64,000 bases of DNA, taken from the NCBI GenBank assembly GCA_965649825.1, contig OZ287694.1, forward strand, positions 619,197 through 683,196, written 5' to 3'. The position numbers and the translations under genes are program-made. The notes beneath the pieces were generated by a model. That model was given only the letters and a program-made list of their open reading frames with translations. It made no database searches and had not been told where the DNA came from. Positions within the stretch are counted from its first letter, which is position 1; each line of letters begins with the position of its first letter. Positions 1 to 12,115 of this stretch are shown one piece after another. This DNA comes from Penicillus capitatus. Taxonomy: Eukaryota > Plantae > Chlorophyta.

Positions 1-2727
1 GAGATGGACTGAATCAAAGTAAGGTTTAGGCCTCTACGACATGAACAGACTCAGATCAACAATGCCATCTCTTCCGTGCTCTCTACCGCAGAGATAGAGA
101 GTGCAAGCAGACATTGTAATCCTGAGCTTGTTTATCGCTCACTGGATGACATGAGGCTGTTCGCGTAGAGATAAAAACAGAACATCTCCCCTGTATTGTA
201 AGAATATCAATTTACGCCAACTTGGATCGATTGGTCAAGGATAGAGAACCTGCACGATGATGCAAACAATCCTTAGAAGCAGAAAGGCAAAGGATGATTT
301 CTCCATTCATCGACTCTAATTGGCTGAGAAATATCGCGAGCATGAAATGTAGTGTTGCGGTGTATTGCCATTCTCACCCAAAGAGGTATCCAACCCCTTC
401 TAGGGAAAACAGAGAGAGTTCGTGCATCCCTGACATTCAGTTCTCCTTTGATGTGACAGGCCGCGTCGATCTGCCTGGCGAAGGACACGACGAAGGTCAC
501 ATCCGAACAGCAGCATCGCACAGCCAGTATAACATCTGCTGTCCTGGCATCTTGCTTTACGAGGTACTGAATCCACGAGCACAGGGATAGATAGTGGGAT
601 CGCCCTCGATGATAACAGGTATGCCAAGATGATCTGGGATCCCTCCTTTTCACTGATTAGCTAGACACGACGATGCTCGAAGCCAGGAGGCGTGGTCTGA
701 GGATATCGAGACGTCTTCCTTGGCAGGCAAACAAGTCAATCGTGCAAAGCGAGAGCCCAACGTCTTACGTTCCGTCATCTGCGCCGGCAGAATCGACGGT
801 GTACCGACTGTTTGTTCGTTCAGCGTTACGGTTGAGACGAACTTCGTTTTTGGACACGGTCGACCACGAGCGACGTGCACGCTACGACAAGAACAGCACC
901 TGGACTATAGTCAAGCTTGACGCGTTGTAACGTTGTCAACCCATCGCGGACTGCTGAAAAGATTTTCCATGCAACACATCGTTCGACATGCAAGACAGAA
1001 TAAAAGAATAACCGAAAGGGCAGGAAAGACGAGTACGAACGGTAGGGTTAAGTCTCAAGCCGATGCTCTTATCCTCCCTTTGTTTTCTGACTCGTCATAC
1101 AGGACTGCCCAGAACACAGCTCGTTATCTCTTAATTGATTGCTTGCTATCTGACTAAAAAGTAGGACCGGTCTTTGATCAAGGGAACCATTTTGCTACCG
1201 TCAGAACGGCGACATTCTATTCAGATGCAGAGCTAGATGAATTGAGTTGTTTTAGATGTCTAGTCAAATGGGTCATTTTAGGGCGATCGGTTGACTCTAC
1301 GAAATCTGAGCGCTGGTGACAGTGCTACATTACGCATTTTCCGATGCCATGATCATTCTGCGCAACGGAAAGTGCACCAGAAGCAAATGGTACGGCGAAG
1401 GATGTTGATAGATTGCGTTGTTGAACAACGGCCTTGTCAGTTCGGTTATGCTTCGGTAGTAAGTTGCACTCACTTAAGTTAGGAAAGGAACAAAGTCGGC
1501 AAACTCCTTCTGCGGCTGGGAAACAAGTCATCAAGAAACCTTACCATCTAATACCAATCATACCAAAGACCGTATGAAAAGGCACTGTGAAATGCCCTAC
1601 AAGGATACACTTTTAGTGTCGACATGTAACATGGTCAATTGGATGGACTGATATAGGCATCGTTCTCTACAATAACGCCAACGCATAAACGCACCTCGGA
1701 GACTTTCAGAAGTATATACCGAATTCTTGTTCTTGGTTATCTGTTTCTTTCTCATTGCGTTTTGTGAAAAAATACAAGAGTCGGATCGATGGCCGATCGC
1801 AGACTTGGCGTAAGGAAGGTACAATGCGCACGTCAGAAGTGTGAGCATGAATGGTGAATTCTCCGCTCGCGGATCAATAATCCATCCAGAGTGAACAGAA
1901 GTGAAAGACGTCTGGCTCGGCAGATATACAACGAAGAGCTGGAAGGCCACGATAGTCGAATACGAGTTAACACGATCCATTGTGTCACATGACGAATACC
2001 GTCACAGGAAGACGCTCTGGCATCACGTGCGTCTGGCCCCACTCCTGCCAGACGACACTGGTATTCAGCATCCCGATAGAGGTTTTAGCAATGCTTCGTC
2101 GTGTCCAAGAGATATCCGACAGAAGCCTTTCGATGGTTAGCAGCGTCTGTAGCTGTACGGAATCACGGTCGTGGTGATACGTGCAAACCGTCGTACGAAT
2201 AAATCGTCTGGCGACCATTGATTCGTGTCTTTTGTGTTCGTCTGCTTTGTTCCTCTCCGACCGAGCTGCAAACCACTGCGACTTGTGTGCGGACCACCTT
2301 CCTGTTGTTCGTGCGTTGGTCTGGCGACGCAGTACACGTCCTTCAAACCGATCGCGGAAGGCGGAGCAGAACGCAGTCGGAGGTTTGTCGACGGAGGTCG
2401 TCGGCTGTTTCCGCAGTGATCCGACCCGCCCGGAGAGAACGACGACGGGCAGTGGAACCACGAGCGCGGAGGACGACGTATACTGCGAAGTTTGCGTCCG
2501 AAGAAAAGCAAACTCCTAACTGACGCGTCAGAAACCGACGGGTCGTGCGTCGACTCTCCATGCAAGTAGGCTCTCCTTCGACCGCGCATCGCCTAAGCAC
2601 GTTGGTTTCTTCAAGGAGGCTCTGATTCCAATAGATTCCCGAGAGATTGCGATACCGCCCAACGAACAAGGCGAAAAGGGTACCATCACCGCGCACAACA
2701 TCCTCAGGCGAAAAGGGCACCATTACA

Positions 2728-3691
2728 GTTTCCCTGCCAGCGGCGCCCTCGGGAAATCCACGTGAGCCGAGTTAGCCATTATACCCAGGGGGTCAACGCA
2801 TGGGCGTGTGTTTCAGATGCAGCTGTCACCCGGTGGTGGCACCTGGCCGAGGCAGCTCTGCGGTGGGATAAGCGGAGTATGCGTGGACGTGGCGTCATTC
2901 TGAAGCGCTGGGCCCGGTCCAAGCCCCTCGCGTTCGGATCTGTCGCCGGTACCTTGAAGGATGCTGGCTTTGGAGGCCCCCACTCAGGACCCGCGTTTCC
3001 CTTTTTTCTGTAAGGGTCTCTTGTTAGGGTCTTTTCTTTCGTCCTGAGTGGGTTTTTCATTTCGCCGTATTAGACATTAGTTTTTTATTACTTTGTTAGA
3101 TCCTGCTCTTTCTGTTCTCCTTTCTGTGTTTAGTATAGAACCTCTCTTGACTGTGTCTTTTATTTCACTTCACTTCTATGTGTGCTCGGCGACCTTTCTG
3201 TCGCGTTTACTTTGTTCATGTTATGGTTTTCCAATTTTGTTTTTCTCATTCCCTGTGTTTTCCTGTTTGTTACTGTGCTGTTTGGGCTTGAGACCGGCCA
3301 CCTGCCTTCTTGACTGTGTGTTTCTCTGTTCGTGTTTTATTGCATGTGTGTTTTTTCATCTATACTGTGTGTTTTGCTTTTTTCTGTCCCTTCTTTGTGT
3401 GTTTTTTATTAGCGTGCGCGCCGCCTTTGCCTCCTTAGCTGGCTCTGCAGGGGGAAAGCACAGTGAAGGTGTGGGGTGAGGCTTTGCACGGGTCGGTGTC
3501 CCTGTCGTGGATGGTGACAGAAGCGGGCCCTGCAAGCTTTCGCTACCCCCCAGGTCAGATCCCTACCTCTCTTCTCGCAACTCTACTCGACATGTGTGTC
3601 TGCCACTAGGCTGTGGGTCGGGTCGCCGTCCGCCTCCAATGGACAGCTGGCGATATACTTCACCCGAGGGCGCCGCACGGGCAGTGGAAAC
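2728..3691. mobile_element. Non-autonomous ~965-bp element with imperfect terminal inverted repeats (MITE-like), copy A
   Basis: Left end GTTTCCCTGCCAGCGGCGCCCTCGGG; reverse complement of right end GTTTCCACTGCCCGTGCGGCGCCCTCGGG. Interior has a long T-rich non-coding tract (about 3000-3420) and no transposase. No clear TSD. Confidence 0.6.
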
Positions 3692-3693
3692 TA

Positions 3694-5711
3694 GGTGTTC
3701 GCTGTACGGAGACACAGTATCGAATGTCGCCCGAGGACGACGCGTGTCAGCCGTGTCCTCCGAATGCAAACTGTGCATCCGATAACGTCGTTCAGCCGAA
3801 CCGAGAGTACTGGCATCCGTATCCGTGCTCCGTGCACATGCGGGAATGCCTGAGCCAATCTGCGTGCGATTTTGATCGAGAGGCGCAGCTGGTCGCCATC
3901 ACAAGAGATATGCACGACTGTGATCTCAACGCGGCCACTGAAAGTGCCTATGCCGAAGAACAATGCAATGAGGTCTCGTTTTCCTTCTCCTAACCCCTTT
4001 TCTCCTATCTCTCGTGAAGCAGGGATACAGAGGCCCGCTTTGTGGTGAATGCAGAAGTGGATACGGTCATACGTCTTCTTGGGACTGCGACCGGTGCGAC
4101 AAGGACCTGAGCATTGCCTACCTAGTTCTCTCTGTTGTCGTCGTCTTGGCACTCAGCAGCTTCGCCATCAAGAGTAGTCTGGGACCAGCTCTATCAAGTG
4201 GACAAGACATCGCGCGGCTCCTTCGCCAAGTGCCAGCACGCAAGCTGATCAGAACCGTTTCTGTTCCGGAAGAACTCCAGTTGGCAGAACTCGGTGGTCC
4301 GTCAAGCAGAGTCGTCTCATCAAGGCGCCAGGCGACCGAGATCGCACGCAGTCATGGAAGCGACGAAGATAGCCAACTGTCAGCCGAACTGGCCAAATGG
4401 AAACTCGTCGAGATCTTTAAGGTACATACAGCATCAGACGCGGCTCCGTAAAGAATCTCTTGTTTCCAGATCACGATCAATTCTTTGCAGACGATTTCGG
4501 TGGCGACATACATCAGCTCCAACTGGACATCCTCGGCAAAGTCGCTGATCTCGGCAACAGGTAGGCCGCCATCGTCCCGCTTTCGGATAAGGGGCAGAGT
4601 TGTTCGATGGATAGATGTTGTTGGAGGCATGATGTTGAACACGGCGTCCTTTTCCATCGGATGTCTCACTCCGGTGGAGGCCGCCTTCCCCCGGTCCATC
4701 CTTCGCCCGATCGTCGCCATAGCCGTTCCAGTTGCCGCTCTCCTCCTGCACGGCGTTTTCTGGTTCTGCGTGGCGATGAGATCCGCAGAGAGCTGGGAGT
4801 ATTTGAAGAAGAGGTGGTCATTGAGCTTCCTTGCAGTTTCCTACCTGACCTATGTCCGGATCACCAAAAACGCCGTGAATGTGCTTTCCTGCGTCCGAGT
4901 GCGCCAATCCATCCACACAGGCGCAGAAAGCACGAGGTATCGCTGAACACAGGCGACCACCGTCAAGTGTTTCGCAGGATCCCATGCCATCCTTGTCAGT
5001 GTCCTTGGCCTACCCGTCCTCCTTTTGTTCACGCTCGGATTCCCAGTGCTGTTGTCGTGGAAGCTGCTGAGAAAGAGAAACCTCGATCCCTCGCACGAGA
5101 GCTGGTTTATGGATGCCACAGCGTTTCTGTATCGGGCTTACGCCGACAGGTTTGTCTATTGGGAGTCCCTTGTCCTGTTTCGAAAAGCGCTGTTGACGAT
5201 CGTCGTGGCATTTGGATACCACCTAGGATCGAACCTCCAAGCCATCCTTGCCGTCTGCATACTGACCACGGCACTGTACCTGCACACGATATGTCATCCC
5301 TTCCGAAACGAATCTGCCAGTCTGAATGTGTATGAAGAGGCCGTTCTCTTTTTCTCGAACATTACCTTTGTCATGGCTCTCTTATTCAATGACGATCGGA
5401 TCGGAAATGCTCTGAGGGTAGTGCTATCAGTTTTATTTTTTCTGTCGATCTGTGGACTGTTGGCTTTCTTGGGCTTTGTCTTTTCTCAGGCAACCTTTGC
5501 CTATATGCGCGTCGTACTGGAAATAGAAGAGGTTCTACAGATCGATGCGCTTGGCAATTTGCGAGTGATGCGCGAGTTCATGATCTTCAAAGTGGCGCAG
5601 AATGTCCCTCGCACGAGAAGCTTCATTCGTAAATCCAAATCCGATGAGGAGCAAGCAAACATTGGCCTGAACGCCAGACGAGATTCGACGGGTTTCTCCT
5701 CAGGATTGTGA
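3694..5711 (+). pseudogene. 5'-truncated beta-helix/Cys-rich/multi-TM receptor (stalk and membrane domain only) with a premature stop
   Basis: Exons encode CQPCPPNANC...YWHPYPCSVHMRECL, GYRGPLCGECRSGYG, several hydrophobic segments and FLYRAYADRFVYWESLVLFRK, all homologous to the C-terminal half of 13165-19403. TGA at 4944-4946 where copy B has TGG (Trp). No signal peptide or beta-helix upstream. Confidence 0.85.
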
Positions 5712-6741
5712 CCGTCGCAAACGATGGCCTCGAGCCTTGTATTCATGTCACAGACGGTTGTCGCGTGTTATGAGAGATCTCTTTGAAAGAACAACACTTT
5801 TCAGACTGTTGGCTCCCTGACATGCGAAACTACGGTTAACGCGACGTTCAGAATAGTGTCCAAAAAGACGAAAAAGCTATATGAAGATTTCCACTTACAT
5901 ACTGCTCAGCTTCGCCTTATTCCGACCCCAATCTCGCCGTTCTCCGCCATCTGAGAAACGCGCTTGCGGCCTTAACTGTCGAATCTAGGTTCCTCTTCTT
6001 GCTTACGGCGAGACCTTTAGCCACTCAATCTCTGTCAAGTTTTCCGTTTGATCCTCGCACTTGTCGACATTCATGCAGTCAGTCATGGTGGCATGCAGGA
6101 ACGTGATGTGGACAGCATTGGTGTGTCCGATTTGGCATTACCACATCTAACAAGCGTCTCCGCCACTTGTCTGCCACCATATCTGCCAAGGTCGACCTCT
6201 ACGGAGAAAACAACGCATTCCTTTGCAGTCTCCTTCGATTTTGCCTCATTCTTTGTCACTTAACTAAAAATTGAATAGAGAAGCTGGTGAAATGAGGAAG
6301 GCAAACCGAAGCGTCAACGTCAGCTCTCTCCCATGGATGTCCGACATCACATCACTCTATACGTCCACCCAAAGGATGTGAAGTGCGAGTCTGGATATAA
6401 GTTTAGACACGCCAGAGCTGGCCGTTGTCTGTCACTGTCATGTCAATGAAATGCGTTCAAGAGAGACGACACACACGAACGACAGTCGCCATCTCGTATA
6501 ATTCATTCAATCATTCGTCCTATCGAATGCGTTCGTCGAACCGCGAGGTGAAAAACATGTCCACCACAAGAACACCGCCATTTACAGCTTTGACGAAGGG
6601 AACGCGAACAGGCCGAATGCTCGAGGGTGACTTCACAGAGTTGAACACTGTGTTTCGATGCATTCAATGATCATAACGGATAGTGTCCGTACGGCACAGC
6701 AGCATCGTTAACGTCCATCATTTTCCTTTCTCTGCAACACG

Positions 6742-9249
6742 ATGGATGTCATAAGCGCGGCCCTAAAGGTGGCCGAAAGAATCGTCGACCGTGGCGCACT
6801 CGCCGTCACAAACGCCGAGGAGCGCAAACTGCTTGCCTCCTTGGCGGGACAAACGAAGCCGTTTCTGCAGACACTAGAGCAGCTTCACGTGGATGACCCC
6901 TCACTGCTCGCGGCGCTGGACCTCATGCTCCACGCACTCAATGAAGCAGACCGAGTCATAGAGGACTGTTGCAAGTCCACATGTTTGACAGGGATGTTAT
7001 TCGCTTCGCGGAACAGCGATAAGCTGAAGCACGTCGCTCAGAAGCTGCAACACGCGTTGCAACAGGTGCCTCTGGCCAGTCTGCCGATTGTGGGTGAGAT
7101 GCATGAATGCATGCTCGCTCTCCAAGACAACCTTCGCAAAGCCAAGTTCGACAGCGTGGCTGCATCGACGCATCAGACGAGGGTGTGGAAAGACGAAATG
7201 GAGAAGGCGTTCAACAGAAATCTGGAAGGGACAGAAGAGATGGAGACAATCCTCGTTGACATGATGAAGGAGCATTCCAGAACAGTCGAAGCCAAACTGC
7301 AGGACTTGGCTGTGCTGAAGGATTACATGCGCGAGGCGCGAAGAAATAAAGACCGGCTAATGGAGTACGAGCTAAAGCATATCATCGACGCCATTAATGA
7401 ATCGCTTAAGTAGACAGAACAGACCACGGCTTCGGATTTGTCTGCAGAACTTCTTGATCAGCTTTGTTGTTGTCCTATCAGCAAGGAGGTCATGAAGGAC
7501 CCAGTCGTGCTGAAAGATTCGGGCGTCACTTATGAGAGAGCCAGCATTGAGGATTGGATGCGACGCGGGAATAAGAAGGACCCCGTAACCGAAACTGAAA
7601 TCAAATCTTACGAGCTAATTCCAAGTCTATTGGCCAAGAGTCTTGTGAGTTTCGCAATTGCAATCGATGGATCGGAGAAACACCAAACCGAGACTAGAAA
7701 ACGACCCCCTCTCGGGGATGGATTAAACAAAGGACGCGGCCAGCATACACGTGCAGAAAATGCTGCCACTTCCGTCTGCATCCATTCCACTATCATATAT
7801 CATTGATGATGCGAATTTCAAGGTTGAGGAGAGGAGGAAGCGAGGAGGAGACCCAGTACGCGCTGAGTATTTTCCACAGTTCTTTACACCTCTCACGATA
7901 GCACCGCCGCCTGTCAGAGAAATAAGTCGATATGAGAAGGCAAGGGCGTAGTAACAAAGGCATGCAGTCGTTTGGAAGCGTATGTTGCAACGACAGGTCA
8001 GAGACATTCATTGCGATGACTTCGCCTTCGTCCACTTGGCTCATGCCCATTGCACAAGGGAGCACTGTGCTATTAAATGCATTGAACGTGGGAGAAAAGT
8101 AAGGCACGTGTGTTCCGTTGAGGATTTGCCAATGTCGAAGTGGGATGACAGATCGACAAGTACGTGCTGTATGGGATACTTAACCATCGAAGGTTATCTC
8201 ATCGTCACGTGATTCAGTTTAAAGAGGTTGCCAAACTATTGCTACTTCATTACAGCTTCTGCAAAAGTGTGACGGGTGATTGACATTCAGGTGTATTTGA
8301 CCCCCTCGTATTTGTGCATCGTCACAGAGTATGCTCCGGGTGGCAGTATGTTGGATTATGTCAAGATAAAAGATGATCCCAGCGAGAAGGAGATGCGTTG
8401 GTTTTTTCAGCAACTTATCATCGGTGTGGACCATTGCCATCAAATGAAAGTGGTACGTCCTGAGGTCAAACTCAAAGATGCTTGGCTGGATGGTGGCCGA
8501 CGTCCTCTCCTCAAAATCTCCCCCTTTAGATATAATGTGGTGAGCAGTGTCGTTACTGTCACTTTATCATTTTTCGGACGTTCCCTCCTCTGCAGCACGA
8601 TGAAGACAATTTAACACCGTTACCTGGAGTGGGTACACCCGTCTACGTGGCACCAGAGGTCATCGCGCCACGACAGGCATATGATAGCAAAGTGCGCGTT
8701 CGATTGCGCGACATCCAGAAGATGATGATGTGTGGTCTCGTTGTCTACAGAAAGCAAGCGTTTGGTCCTGTGGAGTTTGTCTGTACTTTATGATTTTTGC
8801 ATGTTATCCCTTCAAGAACGACAAGGCACGCCATGTCCAGACAATCAGACTACCTCATTCCCTTCCTCTGCTGCTAATCCTGTGTTTTCAGTGTATTTTG
8901 GAAATGCCGTTATCAATTCCCGAACATCCCGCCATCTCTGCCGATTTGGAAGACCTGTTGCACAAGATGATGGAAAAGGATCCAGAGAAACGGATCGGTA
9001 TAAAAGACATCATGGAACATCGCTGGTTTCAAACTGATCTTATAAATGTCGCCATAGACATAAACAAAGAACTCGGCAATCAAAGGGCAAGAAGTCGCTT
9101 GCAAGTAAGATCGATCTGTCCACATCACACCTCTCTTTGATGGAGTCTTACAGAGTGAAGAAGAGGTCCGTGCTATCGTGGAAGAAGCAAAGATTCCTGC
9201 TACAGATAAAGGGCTTAGATTAGACATCGTTTACACAGTAGGGGATTAG
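6742..9249 (+). CDS. MLKL-like four-helix-bundle domain + U-box + SnRK2-like pseudokinase (multi-exon; one in-frame TAG at 7411-7413)
   Basis: 6742-7410: helical domain (ALDLMLHALNEADRVIEDCCKSTCLTGMLFASRNSDKLKHVAQKL) matching the MLKL N-terminal pattern. Same frame continues after TAG into a U-box (CPISKEVMKDPVVLKDSGVTYERASIEDW). Spliced exons then give RYEKVRDI...AIKCIERGRKIDKY...LNHRRLSHRHVIQFKEVYLTP...FFQQLIIGVDHCH...GTPVYVAPEV...VWSCGVCLY...DPEKRIGIKDIMEHRWF, colinear with SnRK2 kinases. Exon joins inferred by eye. Confidence 0.8.
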
Positions 9250-10499
9250 ATGCACAGATACATACAAAGGGATCCGGGATTATATTTTACTCGTTTTAAT
9301 TATCTGTTGCCGCACTTGCAAAATCACTCAGTTTTGTAAAGACATCCCACTCACTCCCTTGGACATTCAGAATTGGATCTAGCACATCCAACCCTGATTT
9401 AGACTCCGTTATATTATTGTATTGATGAACGGCTGCAGATTATGTGAAACTAGATCGAGTTCAGTGCGAAACGCGAAGGGTCCGACAGAACTAACTATGC
9501 GCCGTCATCGTAGCTGTCACATGAGTTTCGAAAAAAAGCAGACGATACCTCTTCAGATTCGAGATCAAAATATGGTATCCTATGTTTTGACAGCAAAGAC
9601 GATCTACTACCAAGGAGATAATGCGGCGGTCGACCTTTTCAAACAGACCTTCATCCAGCTCCATCTGGAAAGCAAATTCTGGAACGAGTATCCGGTTAGG
9701 AAAGCCCATTGCTCTTGCCAAACGCTGCGAGAATCACCCCCACCCGCATCGGATTCAACGCCGTGCCACATCACGTTCCTGCATCCGGAGTCACTGGCAT
9801 GTTCCTTGATGAAACAGATCACACAGCAGTCCAGTACCTCTATCACTCCCATTGACATTGGCCATGACGATCGGATGCACAAGATCATCTCCATGAAGTT
9901 ATGACACCCATTTGCTGTCCACTCCCTAATGAGTGGGCTCTTTTATAGTCCAGTACATTGTTCTCAAACAGACAGAGATCGATGAGAAATCGTTTGCAAG
10001 GAGACCAAAGACCGGAAATCCAGCACTTTAGCATACGATTACCCCTTCTCCTATAAAAACGGCGCCCTCTCCCCGAACGTCGACTCTTGCTGGACACTGG
10101 ATCTCTTGGCTGGTACCATCGTTAGCGGCAAGAGCACGTGGATAACACCATAGACTGATATTAGAGAAGTGTCTCTAAGAGTGGCGTGATCTTCACTGCT
10201 GTAAGTCGTGCGCTTGGCGGAAAAGAGTGAGATACGTGCTCTCCAGCATCTACGTACGCCGAGTGGTTTGATGCAGGTGTATGTTTGTCGTACGACTAGC
10301 GGTTTTTGATCAGACTCATTTTATCTGCAGAACGTTTCTTTGTTCTTCGCAGCTTAGTGAATCGTGAGAATCGACACGTGTTCAAGGATGGATGCAATCT
10401 GTGCGATTTTTCTGATGGTGTTCCAGGACACCTACGAAAGAGTGTTTAGCGTTAGGTGTTGTTCAGGGAATTCACGCCGTTCTGTGTGTCACACAGACG

Positions 10500-11083
10500 C
10501 CTCTGGCTTCTGTATCTGCACCTGATTACGCGAGCGTCATCAGCGTCGCGTTTGAAGATGATTTTGGACTGCAAGAGGCGATAGACTCCGAAGGAGAGAT
10601 AGAGATGCCTCCGGAAGCTCCTGGTTCGCTCATGACCCAAGAGTCATCAGTCGTACTTATCACAACTGCATTGCAGAAGCAATGAAATCGGACGAAGCGC
10701 AAGAGAAGGCTGAGATAGACGTGGACGTCACATACACATACTACGCCCATATCGACTTTGATGTAGCAGATGTGGAAAGTGAAGGGGAAGGAGAAGGGGA
10801 GCACGATGCCGATGTCGACGTCGCTGCAGAGGAAGTGGAAGAAGAGGAAAAGAAAACAAAGAAGAGACAGAAAAAGAAGAAACCGACGACGATTCAAGTG
10901 TCCGAACGAACCACCCAGAATACTGTCGTGGAAAAAACTCCACAGAAATATCCAAGCACAACTCCCCCAAAGGCCACCAAGGATGAAGGAATTGATGGAG
11001 AGGGGCAACCTGTCTTGTTGGAAAGGAGTTCCAGACCTGATCCACAAGCACTTGTGTACGCAGTAGGACAGCTTGTCGGCTGA
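10500..11083 (+). CDS. Acidic low-complexity protein with shared C-terminal GI..G.PV..RPDPQA motif (family member 1; 5' end unresolved)
   Basis: ORF 10682..11083 is Glu/Asp-rich and ends TPPKATKDEGIDGEGQPVLLERSSRPDPQALVYAVGQLVG, which closely matches the end of 22595..23140. An upstream exon at about 10500-10652 can be joined by a short GT-AG intron. Confidence 0.65.
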
Positions 11084-11329
11084 ATTCCATCGAGTCGACA
11101 GAAGAGAGCGAAGGGGTCGCTGCTCAGACATGTTGTTCTCGCAATGGATAGCACATACATGAGTGGATTCTTTCTGAGGCCACTTTGTGATACATTGGGA
11201 AAGAACTGCATCGCACAATGTGAATACCCCTGTAAAGCAAATAAACAAAGTTCTTTGGACGAAGCACAAAGCGTTGAACGAAGAAGGATCACGTTCGTTA
11301 GACGACGATACTGAATAGATGATCATGTG

Positions 11330-12115
11330 TTCGAAAGGACACTGCCACTCGTCGAGAGAGGAATCCTGCCAGACATGGCCCTTCGCGTGCATGATCTGCA
11401 ACTACTACACTGTCCGCTCTTGACGATGATATCTACCGATATTCCGTTTCTTAAACAACGACCACGTGTGCAACGAAGATCACCTCTTGTATCGACAAAA
11501 CAATCCTGCCACAACTGTTCAGGATGCCAGCTACGGTGGAAGGCACGCAGGGTAACAGAATGCGCTGTACGCTCTTTCACACTCTCTCCGCAAGCTGCAC
11601 GCCAAGTGTTACAGAAAGGATGGTTCTTGACGACAAAACCGGATCCCGTGTGTCTATTGGGTTGCATTTCACCCCAAAGCGGGCTGCTAAGGACTTTCGA
11701 ACGGCGTTGCAAGAGGCGCTGCCATCCCCGTTGTAATCGAATCGGTCGCCAAACGCTACCTTTGACAGAATCGAATCGACAGAAATCGACTGCGTAGCTC
11801 AAACGGAACTCGCGAAGGCGGAGGAGCGCAAGAACAGAAGCGACGGTTAAATAAAAATCCAAAAGTTTTTGTCCGGGTGGTGAGACTCCATCGTCGTCGG
11901 CCCCCGAACTCAGCGCGACGTTGTCCTTTCCCCGCCGTAACCCATCGAACTCGGCGCGGGCTCGCCAGACACAACCGGTCAACTCTGATGGGACAACCCC
12001 TCCTCTGTGTCCGGCGCAGGTATCGAACCCCCGCGGTCGTACTTCTCGAACTGGTCCAACTGCACCATCCGCTTCGGGTCGATCCCCACAGTCGAGAACA
12101 CGCTGTCGCCAAGGT
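11330..12115 (+). CDS. Possible multi-exon hypothetical protein (weak EVH1/PH-like C-terminal helix motif, Ser/Pro-rich tail)
   Basis: Peptide SIGLHFTPKRAAKDFRTALQE resembles the end of EVH1/PH-like folds, and plausible splice sites occur. Gene model not resolved. Confidence 0.2.

Larger units (their letters stand above)
1950..6047 (+). repeat. Segmental duplication, copy A (~4.1 kb; partner 41293-45398, same orientation)
   Basis: Colinear, with long exact stretches shared with 41293-45398, from AGTCGAATACGAGTTAACACGATCCATTGTGTCACATGACGAAT to TTTAGCCACTCAATCTCTG. The ORF track gives near-identical peptides (3613..3993 vs 42967..43347; 4014..4451 vs 43368..43805). Ends are approximate. Confidence 0.95.

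Noticed and set aside
1-1950. Short ORFs at the window start (similarly 12500-13000, 21200-21900, 32500-36500, 63000-64000)
   Set aside because: No recognisable motifs or consistent exon chains. Genes may exist there but cannot be supported by eye.
5950-6047. Helitron 3' end (hairpin + CTAG) closing the duplicated segment
   Set aside because: The hairpin is trivial and homology between the copies runs about 60 bp past the CTAG.
6085-6135. ~20-bp exact inverted match to about 9770-9790 (CCACATCACGTTCCTGCAT)
   Set aside because: Too short to assign. It may be an old repeat relic, but reading-frame support is ambiguous.
7411-7413. TAG/TAA reassigned to Gln, as in some ulvophyte algae
   Set aside because: The 1729-aa and 924-aa frames contain many Gln and no in-frame TAR, and several genes end in TAG or TAA, so the standard code fits.
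10370-10450. DGCNLC motif suggesting a small Cys-rich inhibitor repeat
   Set aside because: The remaining cysteines are missing and the frame stops shortly after.
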